DNA of 64,000 bases from an uncultured Eubacteriales bacterium (GCA_964611275.1 CAZSZS010000040.1:2992-66991), one strand, 5' to 3'. Positions 27,478 to 37,844 are shown, numbered from the stretch's first letter. The notes: generated by a model from the sequence alone, not told the origin. A program made the numbers and translations.

Positions 27478-28149
27478 TTACGTCTCCTCTTTCTGAATGA
27501 GCAGTTTCACGAGAGCGGTCGTTTTCGAACCCAGAATCGTTAGTTCAGGGGCGGGTGTGATCAGGTCTGCCTCAACCGCTGTGGTGTGTATAAAACCGGA
27601 AATGTCAATGGGACTGGTCCGGACAACCTCGTTCTCGCTGATTTTGCTTTCAGGCCCTTTAACGAGCACTTCAGAGGGTTCGACTTCGGTCTTTTTTAGA
27701 ATGTAGCCGGGAGGCAGTTCTCCATAGATATCCGGCTTTATGGAAAGCATCATTTCTTTGCTGTTTTCGAATTTAAGATTGACCAAGCTGGGAGAGATTT
27801 CCTTGACTTCAGCTCCGTCCGGGATACTCACCATGCTTCGGCTGAGAGTGTAATCCTGCTGGGCTGTTGTGGCTCTTCTTAAGTCCAGTACGGCATGGAC
27901 ATTTGCAGAGGATATCTGGTTGATAAGCCTCTCCGGTGCGCGTACGGTCACATGGACGGTCTGCACCGGTCTCTCGACAAGCTCTATGTTTGATGGGATG
28001 TTGTGGAGTTCAAGAGGAACATTAAGGCTCTTCTCGGAATATCTTTTTTCTTCCGGGATCAAAGAGAACCATAATATCAATGCCAGTAAAAAAGAGAAGA
28101 TCTTAAGTCCGAGATTTTTTGTGAATATTTTTTTTACGTTCGGTTTCAT
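27478..28149 (-). CDS. cdaR: YbbR-domain protein (CdaR-type regulator of diadenylate cyclase)
   Basis: N-terminal TM (LGLKIFSFLLALILW) followed by repeated YbbR-like beta segments. Conserved position between cdaA and glmM. Start set at ATG 28149, 4 nt after the cdaA stop. Confidence 0.75.
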   Translation of the reverse strand: MKPNVKKIFTKNLGLKIFSFLLALILWFSLIPEEKRYSEKSLNVPLELHNIPSNIELVERPVQTVHVTVRAPERLINQISSANVHAVLDLRRATTAQQDYTLSRSMVSIPDGAEVKEISPSLVNLKFENSKEMMLSIKPDIYGELPPGYILKKTEVEPSEVLVKGPESKISENEVVRTSPIDISGFIHTTAVEADLITPAPELTILGSKTTALVKLLIQKEET

Positions 28150-28153
28150 TTTT

Positions 28154-28921
28154 TTATATGAAATAATTTTGTATGCTTTCTTTGAGTTGGATTTTATCCA
28201 GGCCTCTTTCGAGCGATCCTTCGGCAGCCAGCGAGATGGTCCCGGTCTCTTCTGAGACCACAATAATGACAGCATCCGTTTCTTGCGAAAGACCGAGAGC
28301 TGCGAGATGGCGGGTTCTGGTTTTGAACTGTTTGCCGAGCTTGTGTGTGGCAGGAAGAGGGAGAAGGCATCCGGCAGCCAATATCTTGTCTTCCCTTATG
28401 ATAACGGCTCCGTCATGGAGAGGATTGTGGGGGAAAAAAATACTGACAATAAGGTCTTTTGAGAGCTGCGCGTTTATTCCGACCCCTCTTGAGGCATAGC
28501 TCTCCAGAGATATCTCTTTTTCAAGCGCGATCAGAGCGCCTATTCTATGTTGCGCCAGATAATCAACAGCCTGGAACAGGTCTTCAAATGTAAGGGTTTT
28601 TTCTTTTTTTATGATCGACCTTGAACCTATTGATGTGAGAAGCCTTCTTATTTCGCCCTGAAAAAGGACAATGATAGCAATGATTAAATAAGAGATAAAA
28701 CTTTTAATAAGCCTGTGTGAGACAAGGAGGTTTCCCCACTGAGTGATAAGATACAGGATAATGACGATTCCCAGGCCGATGGCCATTTGATAAGCCCTGG
28801 TGTCTTTTATGAGCCTGAAAAAGGAATAGAGGATGAAAGTCAGAAGAAGGATATCCAAAAAGTCAGCCAGCGTAAAACCCTTAATAGCGGTTATGACTTC
28901 TGATAAGACCTCAGCCAGCAT
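28154..28921 (-). CDS. cdaA: Membrane diadenylate cyclase CdaA (DisA_N/DAC domain)
   Basis: Three N-terminal TM helices. HDGAVII and TRTRHLAALGLSQETDAVIIVVSEETGTISL. Confidence 0.92.
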   Translation of the reverse strand: MLAEVLSEVITAIKGFTLADFLDILLLTFILYSFFRLIKDTRAYQMAIGLGIVIILYLITQWGNLLVSHRLIKSFISYLIIAIIVLFQGEIRRLLTSIGSRSIIKKEKTLTFEDLFQAVDYLAQHRIGALIALEKEISLESYASRGVGINAQLSKDLIVSIFFPHNPLHDGAVIIREDKILAAGCLLPLPATHKLGKQFKTRTRHLAALGLSQETDAVIIVVSEETGTISLAAEGSLERGLDKIQLKESIQNYFI

Positions 28922-29813
28922 GCAGCACTCTATCCTTTCCTCTGTCTCCGGATGATTGGATTGAAGCTCCTTCCTTGATTATGGCCTCAGCCACAGTCAC
29001 TGCCTTTTTTAGTGAAGAGACGTCATGGACTCTAAGAATGTGCGCTCCTTGAAGGATGCTGATCAAAGATGAAGCTATGGTCCCTTCGATCCTCTTTTCA
29101 GGAGAAAGAGCCAGAAGGTCTCCTATGAAAGATTTTCTCGAAACACCGATCAATATGGGAAATCCCAACTCGTTGAATGCGCTGAGGTTGCTTATGATCC
29201 TAAGATTATCCTTCAGCCTTTTCCCGAATCCTATCCCGGGATCGATAATGATCTTCTTCTTCTTTATTCCAGCGGTCAGTGCCTCTGTGACCCGCTGCTG
29301 CAGAAATGATTTGATCTCATGTATCACATTGCCGTACTCAGGGTTTTCCTGCATATTCCTGGGTGTCCCCTTCATATGCATGATGATAACGGGGATGTCT
29401 TTTGTTGCAACCAGTTCGCGTATTTTGGGGTCGGACCGCATTCCGCTTATATCATTGAGGATATCAGCTCCGGCATCCAGAGCAGATTTCAAGACTTCTG
29501 ATTTTGTGGTGTCCACGGATATCAAGGCATCTGTTTTTTTCCTTATCTCGGAAATAACGGGTAAGATCCTTTTCTTCTCTTCTTCAGAGGTTATGGGGTT
29601 GGATCCGGGCCTTGTGCTTTCTCCCCCGATATCAAGGATGTCAGCTCCGTCCTCGATGAGTTGAAGCCCTTTTCGGACCGCGTTTTTCTTATCCAGGAAT
29701 AGGCCTCCGTCTGAAAAAGAGTCAGGGGTGACATTGAGAATCCCCATAAGCCAGGTTCTCCGGCCCAGGATGTAGTTCCTCTCTCTGATCCGAATCGAAT
29801 ATTCTTTTCTCAC
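28911..29813 (-). CDS. folP: Dihydropteroate synthase
   Basis: MGILNVTPDSFSDGG, DIGGESTRPG, DPGIGFGK. GTG start. Confidence 0.92.
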   Translation of the reverse strand: MRKEYSIRIRERNYILGRRTWLMGILNVTPDSFSDGGLFLDKKNAVRKGLQLIEDGADILDIGGESTRPGSNPITSEEEKKRILPVISEIRKKTDALISVDTTKSEVLKSALDAGADILNDISGMRSDPKIRELVATKDIPVIIMHMKGTPRNMQENPEYGNVIHEIKSFLQQRVTEALTAGIKKKKIIIDPGIGFGKRLKDNLRIISNLSAFNELGFPILIGVSRKSFIGDLLALSPEKRIEGTIASSLISILQGAHILRVHDVSSLKKAVTVAEAIIKEGASIQSSGDRGKDRVLHAG

Positions 29814-29820
29814 TTTTAAT

Positions 29821-31713
29821 TTAGTTTGATGCTTTTTGCTTATTTCTTGCCGGTGATTCTTTTTTCTTTTTTTGAGAAGATGTTTTCTTTGCTTTTTTAG
29901 GACCTTTTCCGTTTAAAAAAGCTTCGATTTCCTCGGAAGTCAGGACCTCTTTTTCAAGAAGAGCCTCTGCTATGTTATTCAGGACATTTTTATGGTTTTC
30001 CAGCAGGCTGATGGTTCTTTTCAAATTCCTTTCCACTATTTTTTTGACTTCCGCATCAATGAGTTGAGACGTTTGTTCACTGTAGTTTCTGTCCGTGGAC
30101 AGTTCTTTTCCGAGAAAGACCATGTCGTCCTTTTCACCGAAGGTAAAAGGTCCCAGGGAAGACATCCCGTATTCACAAACCATTTTGCGGGCGATTTCCG
30201 TTGATTTCTCAAAGTCATTGGCCGCACCTGTGGTGCTTTTATTGAGAAAAATGTTTTCCGCAGCTCTTCCCGCCATCAATACGGAAAGTTGGGCTTCAAG
30301 ATATTCCTGTGAATATGTGTATCTGTCGTCAAGAGGAAGCTGCTGCGTAAGGCCCAGCGCCATTCCTCTGGGGATGATAGTGACTTTGTGCAGGGGATCT
30401 GCCTCAGGAATGAGAAGCGCCACAAGAGCATGCCCTGCTTCATGGAAGGCGGTTATCTTCTTTTCATCGTCGTTTATGATCATGCTCTTTCTTTCCACTC
30501 CCATAAGAACTTTATCCTTGGAAGATTCGAGGTCTTTCATGGACACTTTATCTTTGTTGTAGCGGGCGGCAAGGAGCGCTGCTTCATTAACAAGATTAGC
30601 AAGATCAGCCCCTGAAAATCCCGGAGTAGACCGGGCGAGAACAGAAAGATCCACATCATCGCTTAATGGGATGTTTCTTACGTGCACTCTTAGGATGTCC
30701 TCTCTTCCTTTGAAATCAGGCATGTTCACCACGATTCTGCGGTCGAATCTGCCTGGTCTCAACAGAGCACTGTCCAGGATATCCGGACGGTTCGTTGCCG
30801 CGATCAGGATGATGCCCTCGTTTGCATTAAACCCATCCATTTCAACGAGCAGTTGGTTGAGGGTCTGCTCCCTTTCATCATGACCCCCTCCAAGCCCGGC
30901 TCCTCTGTGACGTCCTACAGCATCGAGCTCATCGATAAAAATGAGGCACGGGGCCTGTTTTTTACCCTGTTCGAAAAGGTCGCGTACTCTGGATGCTCCG
31001 ACCCCGACGAACATCTCGACAAAGTCAGAACCGCTTATAGAGAAGAAGGAGACATTTGCTTCTCCTGCAACAGCTCTTGCCAGGAGAGTCTTCCCTGTTC
31101 CCGGCGAACCGACCAGAATGACACCTTTGGGAATACGGCCGCCTAATTTTTGGAATTTTTTAGGATCTTTAAGAAACTCTATGATCTCTCTGAGTTCTTC
31201 CTTGGCTTCCTTGACTCCGGCCACGTCTTTGAATGTGACTTTTTTCCTTGGACCAGTAAAAAGTTTGGCTTTGCTTTTTCCAAACGAGAGAGCTTTGTTT
31301 CCTCCGGACTGCATTTGCCTCATGAAAAACACCCAGAAGAGCACAATCAGGATTATCGGAAACCACGTGAAAAGATAGGAATACCATGGATTTTTTGTAT
31401 TGTCTTTCACATTGATATTGACATTATTTTCCCGGAGAATGGGAACAAGGCCGTCAAATTGAGGGGGATTCACTGTTTTAAACTCTGTCTGGTCCAGGTA
31501 TTTTCCTGTGATCTGACTGCCCGTGATGGTCACTTCTCCGACTCTTTCGTTTTCAACATCATTGAGAAATTGAGTGAAGGAGATGTCATTCTTTGCGGCT
31601 TTGGGGGTCTGCAGAAGACTCCAAAGAACGATGATGATGATACCGGTTATAAGCCAGAAGGCTAGATTCTTATATGCTTTTGGTTTTTTTCTCTTCTTAT
31701 CCATTCTTTCCAT
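29821..31713 (-). CDS. ftsH: ATP-dependent zinc metalloprotease FtsH
   Basis: Walker [18 protein letters not shown] region, zinc motif HEAGHAL. Confidence 0.97.
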   Translation of the reverse strand: MERMDKKRKKPKAYKNLAFWLITGIIIIVLWSLLQTPKAAKNDISFTQFLNDVENERVGEVTITGSQITGKYLDQTEFKTVNPPQFDGLVPILRENNVNINVKDNTKNPWYSYLFTWFPIILIVLFWVFFMRQMQSGGNKALSFGKSKAKLFTGPRKKVTFKDVAGVKEAKEELREIIEFLKDPKKFQKLGGRIPKGVILVGSPGTGKTLLARAVAGEANVSFFSISGSDFVEMFVGVGASRVRDLFEQGKKQAPCLIFIDELDAVGRHRGAGLGGGHDEREQTLNQLLVEMDGFNANEGIILIAATNRPDILDSALLRPGRFDRRIVVNMPDFKGREDILRVHVRNIPLSDDVDLSVLARSTPGFSGADLANLVNEAALLAARYNKDKVSMKDLESSKDKVLMGVERKSMIINDDEKKITAFHEAGHALVALLIPEADPLHKVTIIPRGMALGLTQQLPLDDRYTYSQEYLEAQLSVLMAGRAAENIFLNKSTTGAANDFEKSTEIARKMVCEYGMSSLGPFTFGEKDDMVFLGKELSTDRNYSEQTSQLIDAEVKKIVERNLKRTISLLENHKNVLNNIAEALLEKEVLTSEEIEAFLNGKGPKKAKKTSSQKKKKESPARNKQKASN

Positions 31714-31884
31714 TGTTCATCCTGTAACGAGTTATTTTAGCATTTTTTATAAAAATTGTTAACCCAGATTATTTATAAAAAACGCCGATACCTCATTTAT
31801 TAAGAACACAGCGGACATGTTTAAGTAAAATTTTTCGTATTAACTTGAATGAAGAAGCTGTTTCTATTTGTTTTTGAACAGTGC

Positions 31885-31913
31885 TTGACTGATGAGGCCC
31901 ATTTTATTATTAT
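31885..31913 (+). promoter_or_regulatory. Candidate sigma70 promoter for tRNA-Ala
   Basis: TTGACT (31885-31890), 17 nt, TATTAT (31908-31913). Ends about 15 nt before the tRNA 5' end. Confidence 0.5.
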
Positions 31914-31928
31914 TGATTAACCTAGCGT

Positions 31929-32004
31929 GGGGCTGTAGTTCAGTTGGGAGAACGCTTGACTGGCAGTCAAGAGGTCGTGGGTTCAAATCCCATCAGCTCC
32001 ACCA
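31929..32004 (+). tRNA. tRNA-Ala (anticodon GGC), CCA encoded
   Basis: Hand-folded cloverleaf. Acceptor GGGGCTG/CAGCTCC with the Ala-identity G3:U70 pair. Anticodon stem CTTGA/TCAAG with loop CTGGCAG. T-arm GTGGG-TTCAAAT-CCCAT. Discriminator A plus CCA. Confidence 0.9.
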
Positions 32005-32020
32005 TTTTTTTTCTGCCGCA

Positions 32021-32049
32021 TTGACTCTTTTTTTATTTTATTGATAATT
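32021..32049 (+). promoter_or_regulatory. Candidate promoter of polX; would give a very short leader
   Basis: TTGACT (32021-32026), 16 nt, GATAAT (32043-32048). The polX ATG is at 32062 with no recognisable SD. Confidence 0.4.
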
Positions 32050-32061
32050 TTATAGTTACGC

Positions 32062-33798
32062 ATGCCCATACACAATAATGAAGTAACCGATATTTTCAGC
32101 CAATTGGCTGACTTATTGGAGATCAAAGGGGCCAATCCATTCAGAATCAGAGCCTATAGGAATGCCGCGCGTACCCTATCCAGTCAGTCCAGGAATATAA
32201 GTGATATGGTCCGGGAGGGGGAAGACCTGACCCGTCTGCCCGGAATCGGCAAAGACCTTGCCGCAAAGATAAAAGAGATCGTAGAGACGGGTGAGCTTTC
32301 CAAACTGAATGACCTCAAAAAAGAACTTCCTGACGACTTGAGCAAGCTGATGAATATCCAGGGCCTGGGCCCTAAAAAAATCAAAGTACTGTTTCATGAT
32401 TTGGGGATCACATCTATCAAGGGGCTTAAAAGGGCAGCACAGGACCACAAACTGCGCGAACTCGAAGGATTCGGGGATAAAACCGAGCAGAATATCCTTG
32501 GAGAGATCCAGCGTATCGAAGAAGAGATAAAGAAACACGGAGGGAAAGAAAGAATCAAGCTGTTCCGTGCTGAACAGATCGCTGAAAATTATAGGGAGTA
32601 CCTGAAAGAACACAAAGATGCGGAAAAAATCCGGATCGCTGGGAGCTATCGAAGAAGAAGGGAGACTGTGGGAGATCTGGATATTCTGGCTGTTTGTGGG
32701 AAAGAGAATGACCTCTTGGATCATTTTGTTGCGTATGAAGATGTGGCGAAGATCATTTCCAAGGGCAAGACAAAATCCTCGGTAATGCTTCGAACCGGAT
32801 TACAGGTAGACCTCAGGGTCATACAGCCGGAAAGCGATGGAGCGGCTCTTCTCTATTTTACCGGCTCCAAAGACCACAACATAGCTGTCCGAAAAATCGG
32901 GGTCGGAAAGAATTTAAAGATCAATGAGTACGGGGTGTTAAAGGGGGATAAACGGATAGCCGGAAAAACAGAAAGCGAGATCTATAAGGCAGTGGGGCTT
33001 CCCTTTATTGAGCCTGAGCTCAGAGAAGACAGGGGGGAGATAGAAGCAGGGCAGAAGGGGAATCTGCCCAGGCTGGTGGAGCTTGATGATATCCGGGGGG
33101 ATCTGCATATGCATACCCGTTATTCCGATGGGAGATCCACCATAAAAGAAATGGCTGAAGCCGCTCGAAACAAAGGGTATGAGTATATCGCCGTATCCGA
33201 CCATTCCAAGCATCTTACGGTGGCCAATGGCTTGGATGAGAGGAGACTCGCAGAACAGATGCAGGAGGTCGACAGACTCAATCAGGAATTAAAGGGCATA
33301 CGCATTCTTAAGTCGATCGAAATGGATATTCTGGAAGACGGATCCCTGGACCTGCCGGATGAGATCCTCAAGGATCTGGATCTGGTGCTGTGTTCTGTTC
33401 ACTATAGATTCAATCTTTCCCTGGAAAAACAGACAGACAGGATTTTAAAAGCCATGGATAATCCCTATGTGGATATTATCTGTCATCCAAGCGGGAGGCT
33501 GATCAATGAACGCCCTCCGTATGAAGTCCACATGGAAAAGATCATTAGATCCGCAAAAGAGAGAAACTGTTCTCTGGAACTCAATGCCCATCCGGACCGA
33601 TTGGATTTGAATGATATTTACTGTAAACTGGCTAAGGAAGAGGGTGTTAAAGTGGCAGTGTCAACGGATGCGCACACGCAAAGTGACCTGGATTTTATGC
33701 GCTTTGGTGTAGGACAGGCAAGAAGAGGCTGGCTGGAGCCGGCGGATGTTCTGAACACAAGAAGCTGGGAAGATTTGGTTGGGGAACTGGGAGGATGA
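32062..33798 (+). CDS. polX: Family X DNA polymerase with C-terminal PHP phosphoesterase domain (PolX)
   Basis: HhH motifs (LPGIGKDLAAKI, IQGLGPKK). Pol-beta nucleotidyltransferase GSYRRRRETVGDLDIL. PHP HMHTRYSDG...SDH. Confidence 0.92.
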   Translation: MPIHNNEVTDIFSQLADLLEIKGANPFRIRAYRNAARTLSSQSRNISDMVREGEDLTRLPGIGKDLAAKIKEIVETGELSKLNDLKKELPDDLSKLMNIQGLGPKKIKVLFHDLGITSIKGLKRAAQDHKLRELEGFGDKTEQNILGEIQRIEEEIKKHGGKERIKLFRAEQIAENYREYLKEHKDAEKIRIAGSYRRRRETVGDLDILAVCGKENDLLDHFVAYEDVAKIISKGKTKSSVMLRTGLQVDLRVIQPESDGAALLYFTGSKDHNIAVRKIGVGKNLKINEYGVLKGDKRIAGKTESEIYKAVGLPFIEPELREDRGEIEAGQKGNLPRLVELDDIRGDLHMHTRYSDGRSTIKEMAEAARNKGYEYIAVSDHSKHLTVANGLDERRLAEQMQEVDRLNQELKGIRILKSIEMDILEDGSLDLPDEILKDLDLVLCSVHYRFNLSLEKQTDRILKAMDNPYVDIICHPSGRLINERPPYEVHMEKIIRSAKERNCSLELNAHPDRLDLNDIYCKLAKEEGVKVAVSTDAHTQSDLDFMRFGVGQARRGWLEPADVLNTRSWEDLVGELGG

Positions 33799-33876
33799 AT
33801 TTAAAAGGATTCCCGTAAAATAAAATGAAATATAAAGGAGAAATCAATTATAATAAACTGATGAAAAGGAGATAAA

Positions 33877-34335
33877 ATGCTTCCAATAAAGAAAATCCTC
33901 TGGCCGACAGATTTTAGCGAGCCTTCTTATGAGGCTTTGAAAACCGCTCAGGAACTAGCCGAACACTTCTCAGCAGAGCTTACCATAGTCCATGTCGTGA
34001 CCCCGATTCCCATGTTGACTTCCACAAGCGGGCCGAGTGGTTTCGATGTAGGCGTTTTTCATAAGCAGCTCATGGACACCTCAAAGGAATCCCTGAAAGA
34101 GATTGTCAAGGATAAGATAAGAAAAAAAATAAAGACTCACACCAAAGTGGTAATGGGCAGAGCCCCGGATGAGATTGTCAGTGTCGCTAAAAAGGGAAAA
34201 GCGGACCTGATCGTCATTTCAACGCACGGAGAGACAGGATGGCGCCATCTGGTCTTTGGCTCAGTGGCTGAAAAGGTGGTCCGTTTTTCCTCGTGTCCGG
34301 TTCTCACTATACGCGAACCTGATAAAAATCAATAA
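33877..34335 (+). CDS. Universal stress protein (UspA family)
   Basis: KILWPTDFSEPS...TIVHV...ADLIVISTHG.TG...FGSVAEKVVRFSSCPVLT. Confidence 0.88.
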   Translation: MLPIKKILWPTDFSEPSYEALKTAQELAEHFSAELTIVHVVTPIPMLTSTSGPSGFDVGVFHKQLMDTSKESLKEIVKDKIRKKIKTHTKVVMGRAPDEIVSVAKKGKADLIVISTHGETGWRHLVFGSVAEKVVRFSSCPVLTIREPDKNQ

Positions 34336-34375
34336 GGATTTCTGTCACCATAGGGAGAAAGAAAATAGGGTTTTC

Positions 34376-34404
34376 TTGACTAAATGAGTTATCAAGATTA
34401 GGAT
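34376..34404 (+). promoter_or_regulatory. Sigma70-type promoter of OMP paralog 1
   Basis: TTTTCTTGACTAAAT; TTGACT-17 nt-TAGGAT. The same layout is duplicated before paralog 2. Confidence 0.6.
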
Positions 34405-34437
34405 CGGCTCGAAAAGTCTGATATAGGGAGAACAAGT

Positions 34438-35316
34438 ATGAAAAAGGTTGTTAAAGTAATGGGCATTACTTTTCTGATTTTCTGTTTTGCTGCTTCCATT
34501 TCTGCTCAGATTAAAAGACCGAGCAAGCCGTTTAACATTGAAGTGGGCCTAACTTTTGGTTCTACGATGAATTACGATTATTATGGAAGTTCTTACTTCT
34601 ATGGTTCCTGGATTGCTAGGTGGTTTGATATTGATTCAGAAGACGGAAATATCCTTCCTGAACTGAGCATGCCCTTGCTCTTTGGTGCCAATATCAGTTT
34701 GATCACCAGGAAGGGCATCGGAGTTCAGTTTGCTTTGGATTACAACTCCAAGTCGGATATAACCGGCTCCAGCAACTATTATGCCTCTGGATTTGACTAC
34801 TGGTATTGGGAAGATATCAGCGAATCTAATTCATGGGATGTGACAGGGATTGTAAAAATGATGGTTCTGAGTCTGGATGTCATTTACAAATATCAAAGGG
34901 GGATGTTCAATCCCTGGTTTGCTGCCGGAGGATCTTATTACACGGGAAGCATAGAGGCCAGTTCGGAAGTCGGATGGGGACTTGAAGATCCATGGTGGGA
35001 TTTCGATTACCTTTCCTTGCCGGTGGAAATTAATGAAGATCTCAGCGGGATCGGATTCAACGTGGGGATTGGAGCAGACATTCAATTTACCCAAAATATC
35101 GCCTTTACCATTGAAGGAAGATATTTTATTCTCAAGAAGTATGAACTGCACTGGTTATCAGACGCCAGCGGACAATTCACATCTTATGTCTATGATGTTA
35201 CTTATACGTTTGCCAATACGTCTGCTTTTGAGGAAGGTATTAATGAGATAATCACGCCGTTTGAGTTCAATCCTTCTTTTGCGGAACTCGCCGTTGGAGT
35301 CAAATTCTCATTTTAG
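34438..35316 (+). CDS. Outer-membrane beta-barrel protein, paralog 1
   Basis: Signal peptide ending SISAQ. Alternating beta-strand pattern. C-terminal VGVKFSF (terminal Phe). Same length (292 aa) as the neighbour and clearly homologous. Confidence 0.8.
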   Translation: MKKVVKVMGITFLIFCFAASISAQIKRPSKPFNIEVGLTFGSTMNYDYYGSSYFYGSWIARWFDIDSEDGNILPELSMPLLFGANISLITRKGIGVQFALDYNSKSDITGSSNYYASGFDYWYWEDISESNSWDVTGIVKMMVLSLDVIYKYQRGMFNPWFAAGGSYYTGSIEASSEVGWGLEDPWWDFDYLSLPVEINEDLSGIGFNVGIGADIQFTQNIAFTIEGRYFILKKYELHWLSDASGQFTSYVYDVTYTFANTSAFEEGINEIITPFEFNPSFAELAVGVKFSF

Positions 35317-35374
35317 ATTTTAATACCAAAAAAGAATATTTTTCACTTTTAAGGGGTATTTAAGAAGAATTTTC

Positions 35375-35403
35375 TTGACTAAATTCAGTTTCGATACTAG
35401 AAT
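35375..35403 (+). promoter_or_regulatory. Sigma70-type promoter of OMP paralog 2
   Basis: TTTTCTTGACTAAAT; TTGACT-17 nt-TAGAAT, followed by the conserved ATCGGCTYGAAAA as in paralog 1. Confidence 0.6.
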
Positions 35404-35435
35404 CGGCTTGAAAATCCATTTAAGGGAGAATACGC

Positions 35436-36314
35436 ATGAAAAAATTTTTAAAGCTGTTAGGGGTTGCTTTTTTGGTTTTCTGTTTCACAGCTTCCCTTTC
35501 CGCTCAGATCCAAAGACCGAGCAAACCGTTTACAATTGATGTGGGCATTAATTTCGGCACTACGCTTGGATACAGTATTACGGAAAGCACGTATATAGAA
35601 CCCGAATGGAGCACAACTTGGTTTTATGTGGATGAATCCGGTGAGATCGCTCCTGAACTGAGCACACCCCTGTGCTTTGGTGGTAATATCAGCTTAATCA
35701 CCAGGATGGGGATCGGAGTTCAATTCGCTCTGGATTATAATTTCAACTCAGATATCACAGGGACAAGCTCCTATTTAGGAACCGGATATGACATTATAGC
35801 AGGAAATTTCGATTTTTCCTCTGATTGGGATGTGACAGGGACGGCAAAATTGATGGTACTGAGCCTGAATTTCCTTTACAAGTATCAAGGGGGGATGTTC
35901 AACCCCTGGTTTGCTGCCGGAGGATCTTATTACACCGGAAGTCTGGAAGCCAATACCCTGGCTGGATATGGAATAAGTTATGCTTCATATTTTTGTTATT
36001 TCGATGTGAATGAGGATGTAGAAGAGGATCTCAGCGGGATCGGATTCAATGTGGGAGCCGGAGCAGATATTAACTTCACACCGAATATCGCCTTTACCAT
36101 TGAAGCAAGATATTTCATATTAAAGAAATATGAAATGTACTGGTGGGCAGACTCAAGCGGAACGCGCAATCTTTACGGTTTTTACGAAGGTACAGTTCAA
36201 CTTTCGAGTTCTTATGCTGATTCTGTTAATGAGTATATGGATGACTTGATCGAACCGTTTGAGTTCAATCCTTCTTATGCGAAGCTGGCAGCTGGATTTA
36301 AATTCTCCTTCTGA
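35436..36314 (+). CDS. Outer-membrane beta-barrel protein, paralog 2
   Basis: Signal peptide ending SLSAQ. C-terminal AGFKFSF. Conserved blocks GIGVQFALDYN, GGMFNPWFAAGGSYYTGS, LSGIGFNVG.GADI.FT.NIAFTIE.RYFILKKYE. Confidence 0.8.
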   Translation: MKKFLKLLGVAFLVFCFTASLSAQIQRPSKPFTIDVGINFGTTLGYSITESTYIEPEWSTTWFYVDESGEIAPELSTPLCFGGNISLITRMGIGVQFALDYNFNSDITGTSSYLGTGYDIIAGNFDFSSDWDVTGTAKLMVLSLNFLYKYQGGMFNPWFAAGGSYYTGSLEANTLAGYGISYASYFCYFDVNEDVEEDLSGIGFNVGAGADINFTPNIAFTIEARYFILKKYEMYWWADSSGTRNLYGFYEGTVQLSSSYADSVNEYMDDLIEPFEFNPSYAKLAAGFKFSF

Positions 36315-36339
36315 TTCTTCTGTTGAGCTAGATTTTTAG

Positions 36340-36410
36340 AACCGGTGGCATAAGAGCCGTTTTTGGTTTGAATGCTTTTTATGTCACCGGTTTTCTGTGT
36401 GTTTTTTTTT
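36340..36410 (+). terminator. Candidate terminator region after OMP paralog 2
   Basis: AACCGGTGGCAT (36340-36351) pairs with ATGTCACCGGTT (36381-36392) with one mismatch and a large loop. Followed by TTCTGTGTG and a T9 run. Confidence 0.35.
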
Positions 36411-36594
36411 ACATTTAAGACATTCAAGCAGTCCCGTCTGAACTTCAGGCCTTGCCCGGGCTCTCTTCCAATCGTTTGCGATAAATCAAATAAACAAAAT
36501 GCAGGGAATAGGCATATTTAAATAAAATGATCTGCAACCAAAGGAAGAATCGACAGTTTATATATTATAAGCAAAGAAATCTAAAGGAGATGCC

Positions 36595-37803
36595 ATGAAA
36601 GTTAAGATCAGAGGGATGATCGCATGCCTCTTCATGATGTGCCTTGTGTTTGGCTGTACCGGAGAGAAAAAGGCGGAATCAGAATGGAGCGGCACGGTCG
36701 AACAGGAAAACGGAGTCAGGGTCGTGAACAACCCGGAACAGCCTTTTTACGGAAATCTTGAGCTTGTTCTGGAACAAGACCTGAGCGTAGGGAATGAAGA
36801 GGATGATAATTACTTGTTCTACAGGGCTTATGGGATGGATGTTGACTCTGAGGGAAATATCTATGTGATGGACACGGGCAACTTCCGGGTCCAAAAATTC
36901 GACAGTTCCGGAGAATACCTGCAGACCATAGGGAAAAAAGGCCAGGGTCCCGGTGAATTTGACCGCATGCAGAGCTTTTATATTGACGAAGAAAATAATC
37001 TGTATGTATCAAGCGGTATGAAAATCCAGCTATTTGATGAACACGGGGAATTTGTAAAGAGCATCCCTCTGACCTCTCAAATCTCTGATTTTTGGATCTC
37101 TCCGGATGACTTTATTTATTGCCTTGCGTATTCATTTACAGGGGGAGAGAGTGAAAGGAAAGTCCTTAAACTCAATATGGAAGGCAAGGAAATTGAGGAA
37201 ATCAACCGGTTCGGAGGCATGAAAATAGTCACCCGAAAAAGCGGGGGGCAAACCGCTGCGTTTATTTTATCCCACAGCTACAACCATTCTATGCATCTGG
37301 TTCCTTTTCAATACAGAGGTTTGATCTATGCGTATTCTGATGAGTATAGTCTTTCTCATCTCAACTCAATGGGAGAGCTTGATTGTATTATCAAAAAGAA
37401 TGAACCGTATCAGGCCATAAGCAGAAGGGAAAAAGACAAGATCATTCAAGATACGAAGGACTCTATGTCTGACAGGGGACAGGAATGGCCGGATGGTGTG
37501 ATAGAGGAGGCCTGTCAGTTTCCCGCAAACCGCCCGTTCTTTTCAGGTTTAGCTGTGGATGAGCTGGGAAGGATCTATGTGAGGAGAGTCAGATCCGTGC
37601 TTGACGAAAGGGAGACCAGTGAGTTCGATATATTCAGTGCGGACGGGTATTATCTCTATAAAACGGAAGTCGATTTCAATCCTTCTTTGATAAAGGATGG
37701 ATTCTTATACAGGATAAAAACAGATGAGGAAGCAGGCACGGTGAGGATCATTCGCTATAGAGTGAAAAACTGGGATCAAATAAAAACCACCCTACCTCAA
37801 TGA
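36595..37803 (+). CDS. 6-bladed beta-propeller lipoprotein (NHL-repeat-like)
   Basis: Lipobox LVFGC. NHL-like repeat DTGNFRVQKFDSSGEYLQTIGKKGQGPGEF and further blade-like repeats. Confidence 0.6.
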   Translation: MKVKIRGMIACLFMMCLVFGCTGEKKAESEWSGTVEQENGVRVVNNPEQPFYGNLELVLEQDLSVGNEEDDNYLFYRAYGMDVDSEGNIYVMDTGNFRVQKFDSSGEYLQTIGKKGQGPGEFDRMQSFYIDEENNLYVSSGMKIQLFDEHGEFVKSIPLTSQISDFWISPDDFIYCLAYSFTGGESERKVLKLNMEGKEIEEINRFGGMKIVTRKSGGQTAAFILSHSYNHSMHLVPFQYRGLIYAYSDEYSLSHLNSMGELDCIIKKNEPYQAISRREKDKIIQDTKDSMSDRGQEWPDGVIEEACQFPANRPFFSGLAVDELGRIYVRRVRSVLDERETSEFDIFSADGYYLYKTEVDFNPSLIKDGFLYRIKTDEEAGTVRIIRYRVKNWDQIKTTLPQ

Positions 37804-37844
37804 CTTTGCTTTTAAATATATAGTGTTACGCACTATCTTAACTT

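Noticed and set aside
34438-36314. Diversity-generating retroelement or phase-variation mechanism acting on the two OMP paralogs.
   Set aside because: There is no reverse transcriptase, no template/variable repeat pair with adenine-specific differences, and no invertible-segment inverted repeats or recombinase nearby. Ordinary paralog divergence explains the pattern.
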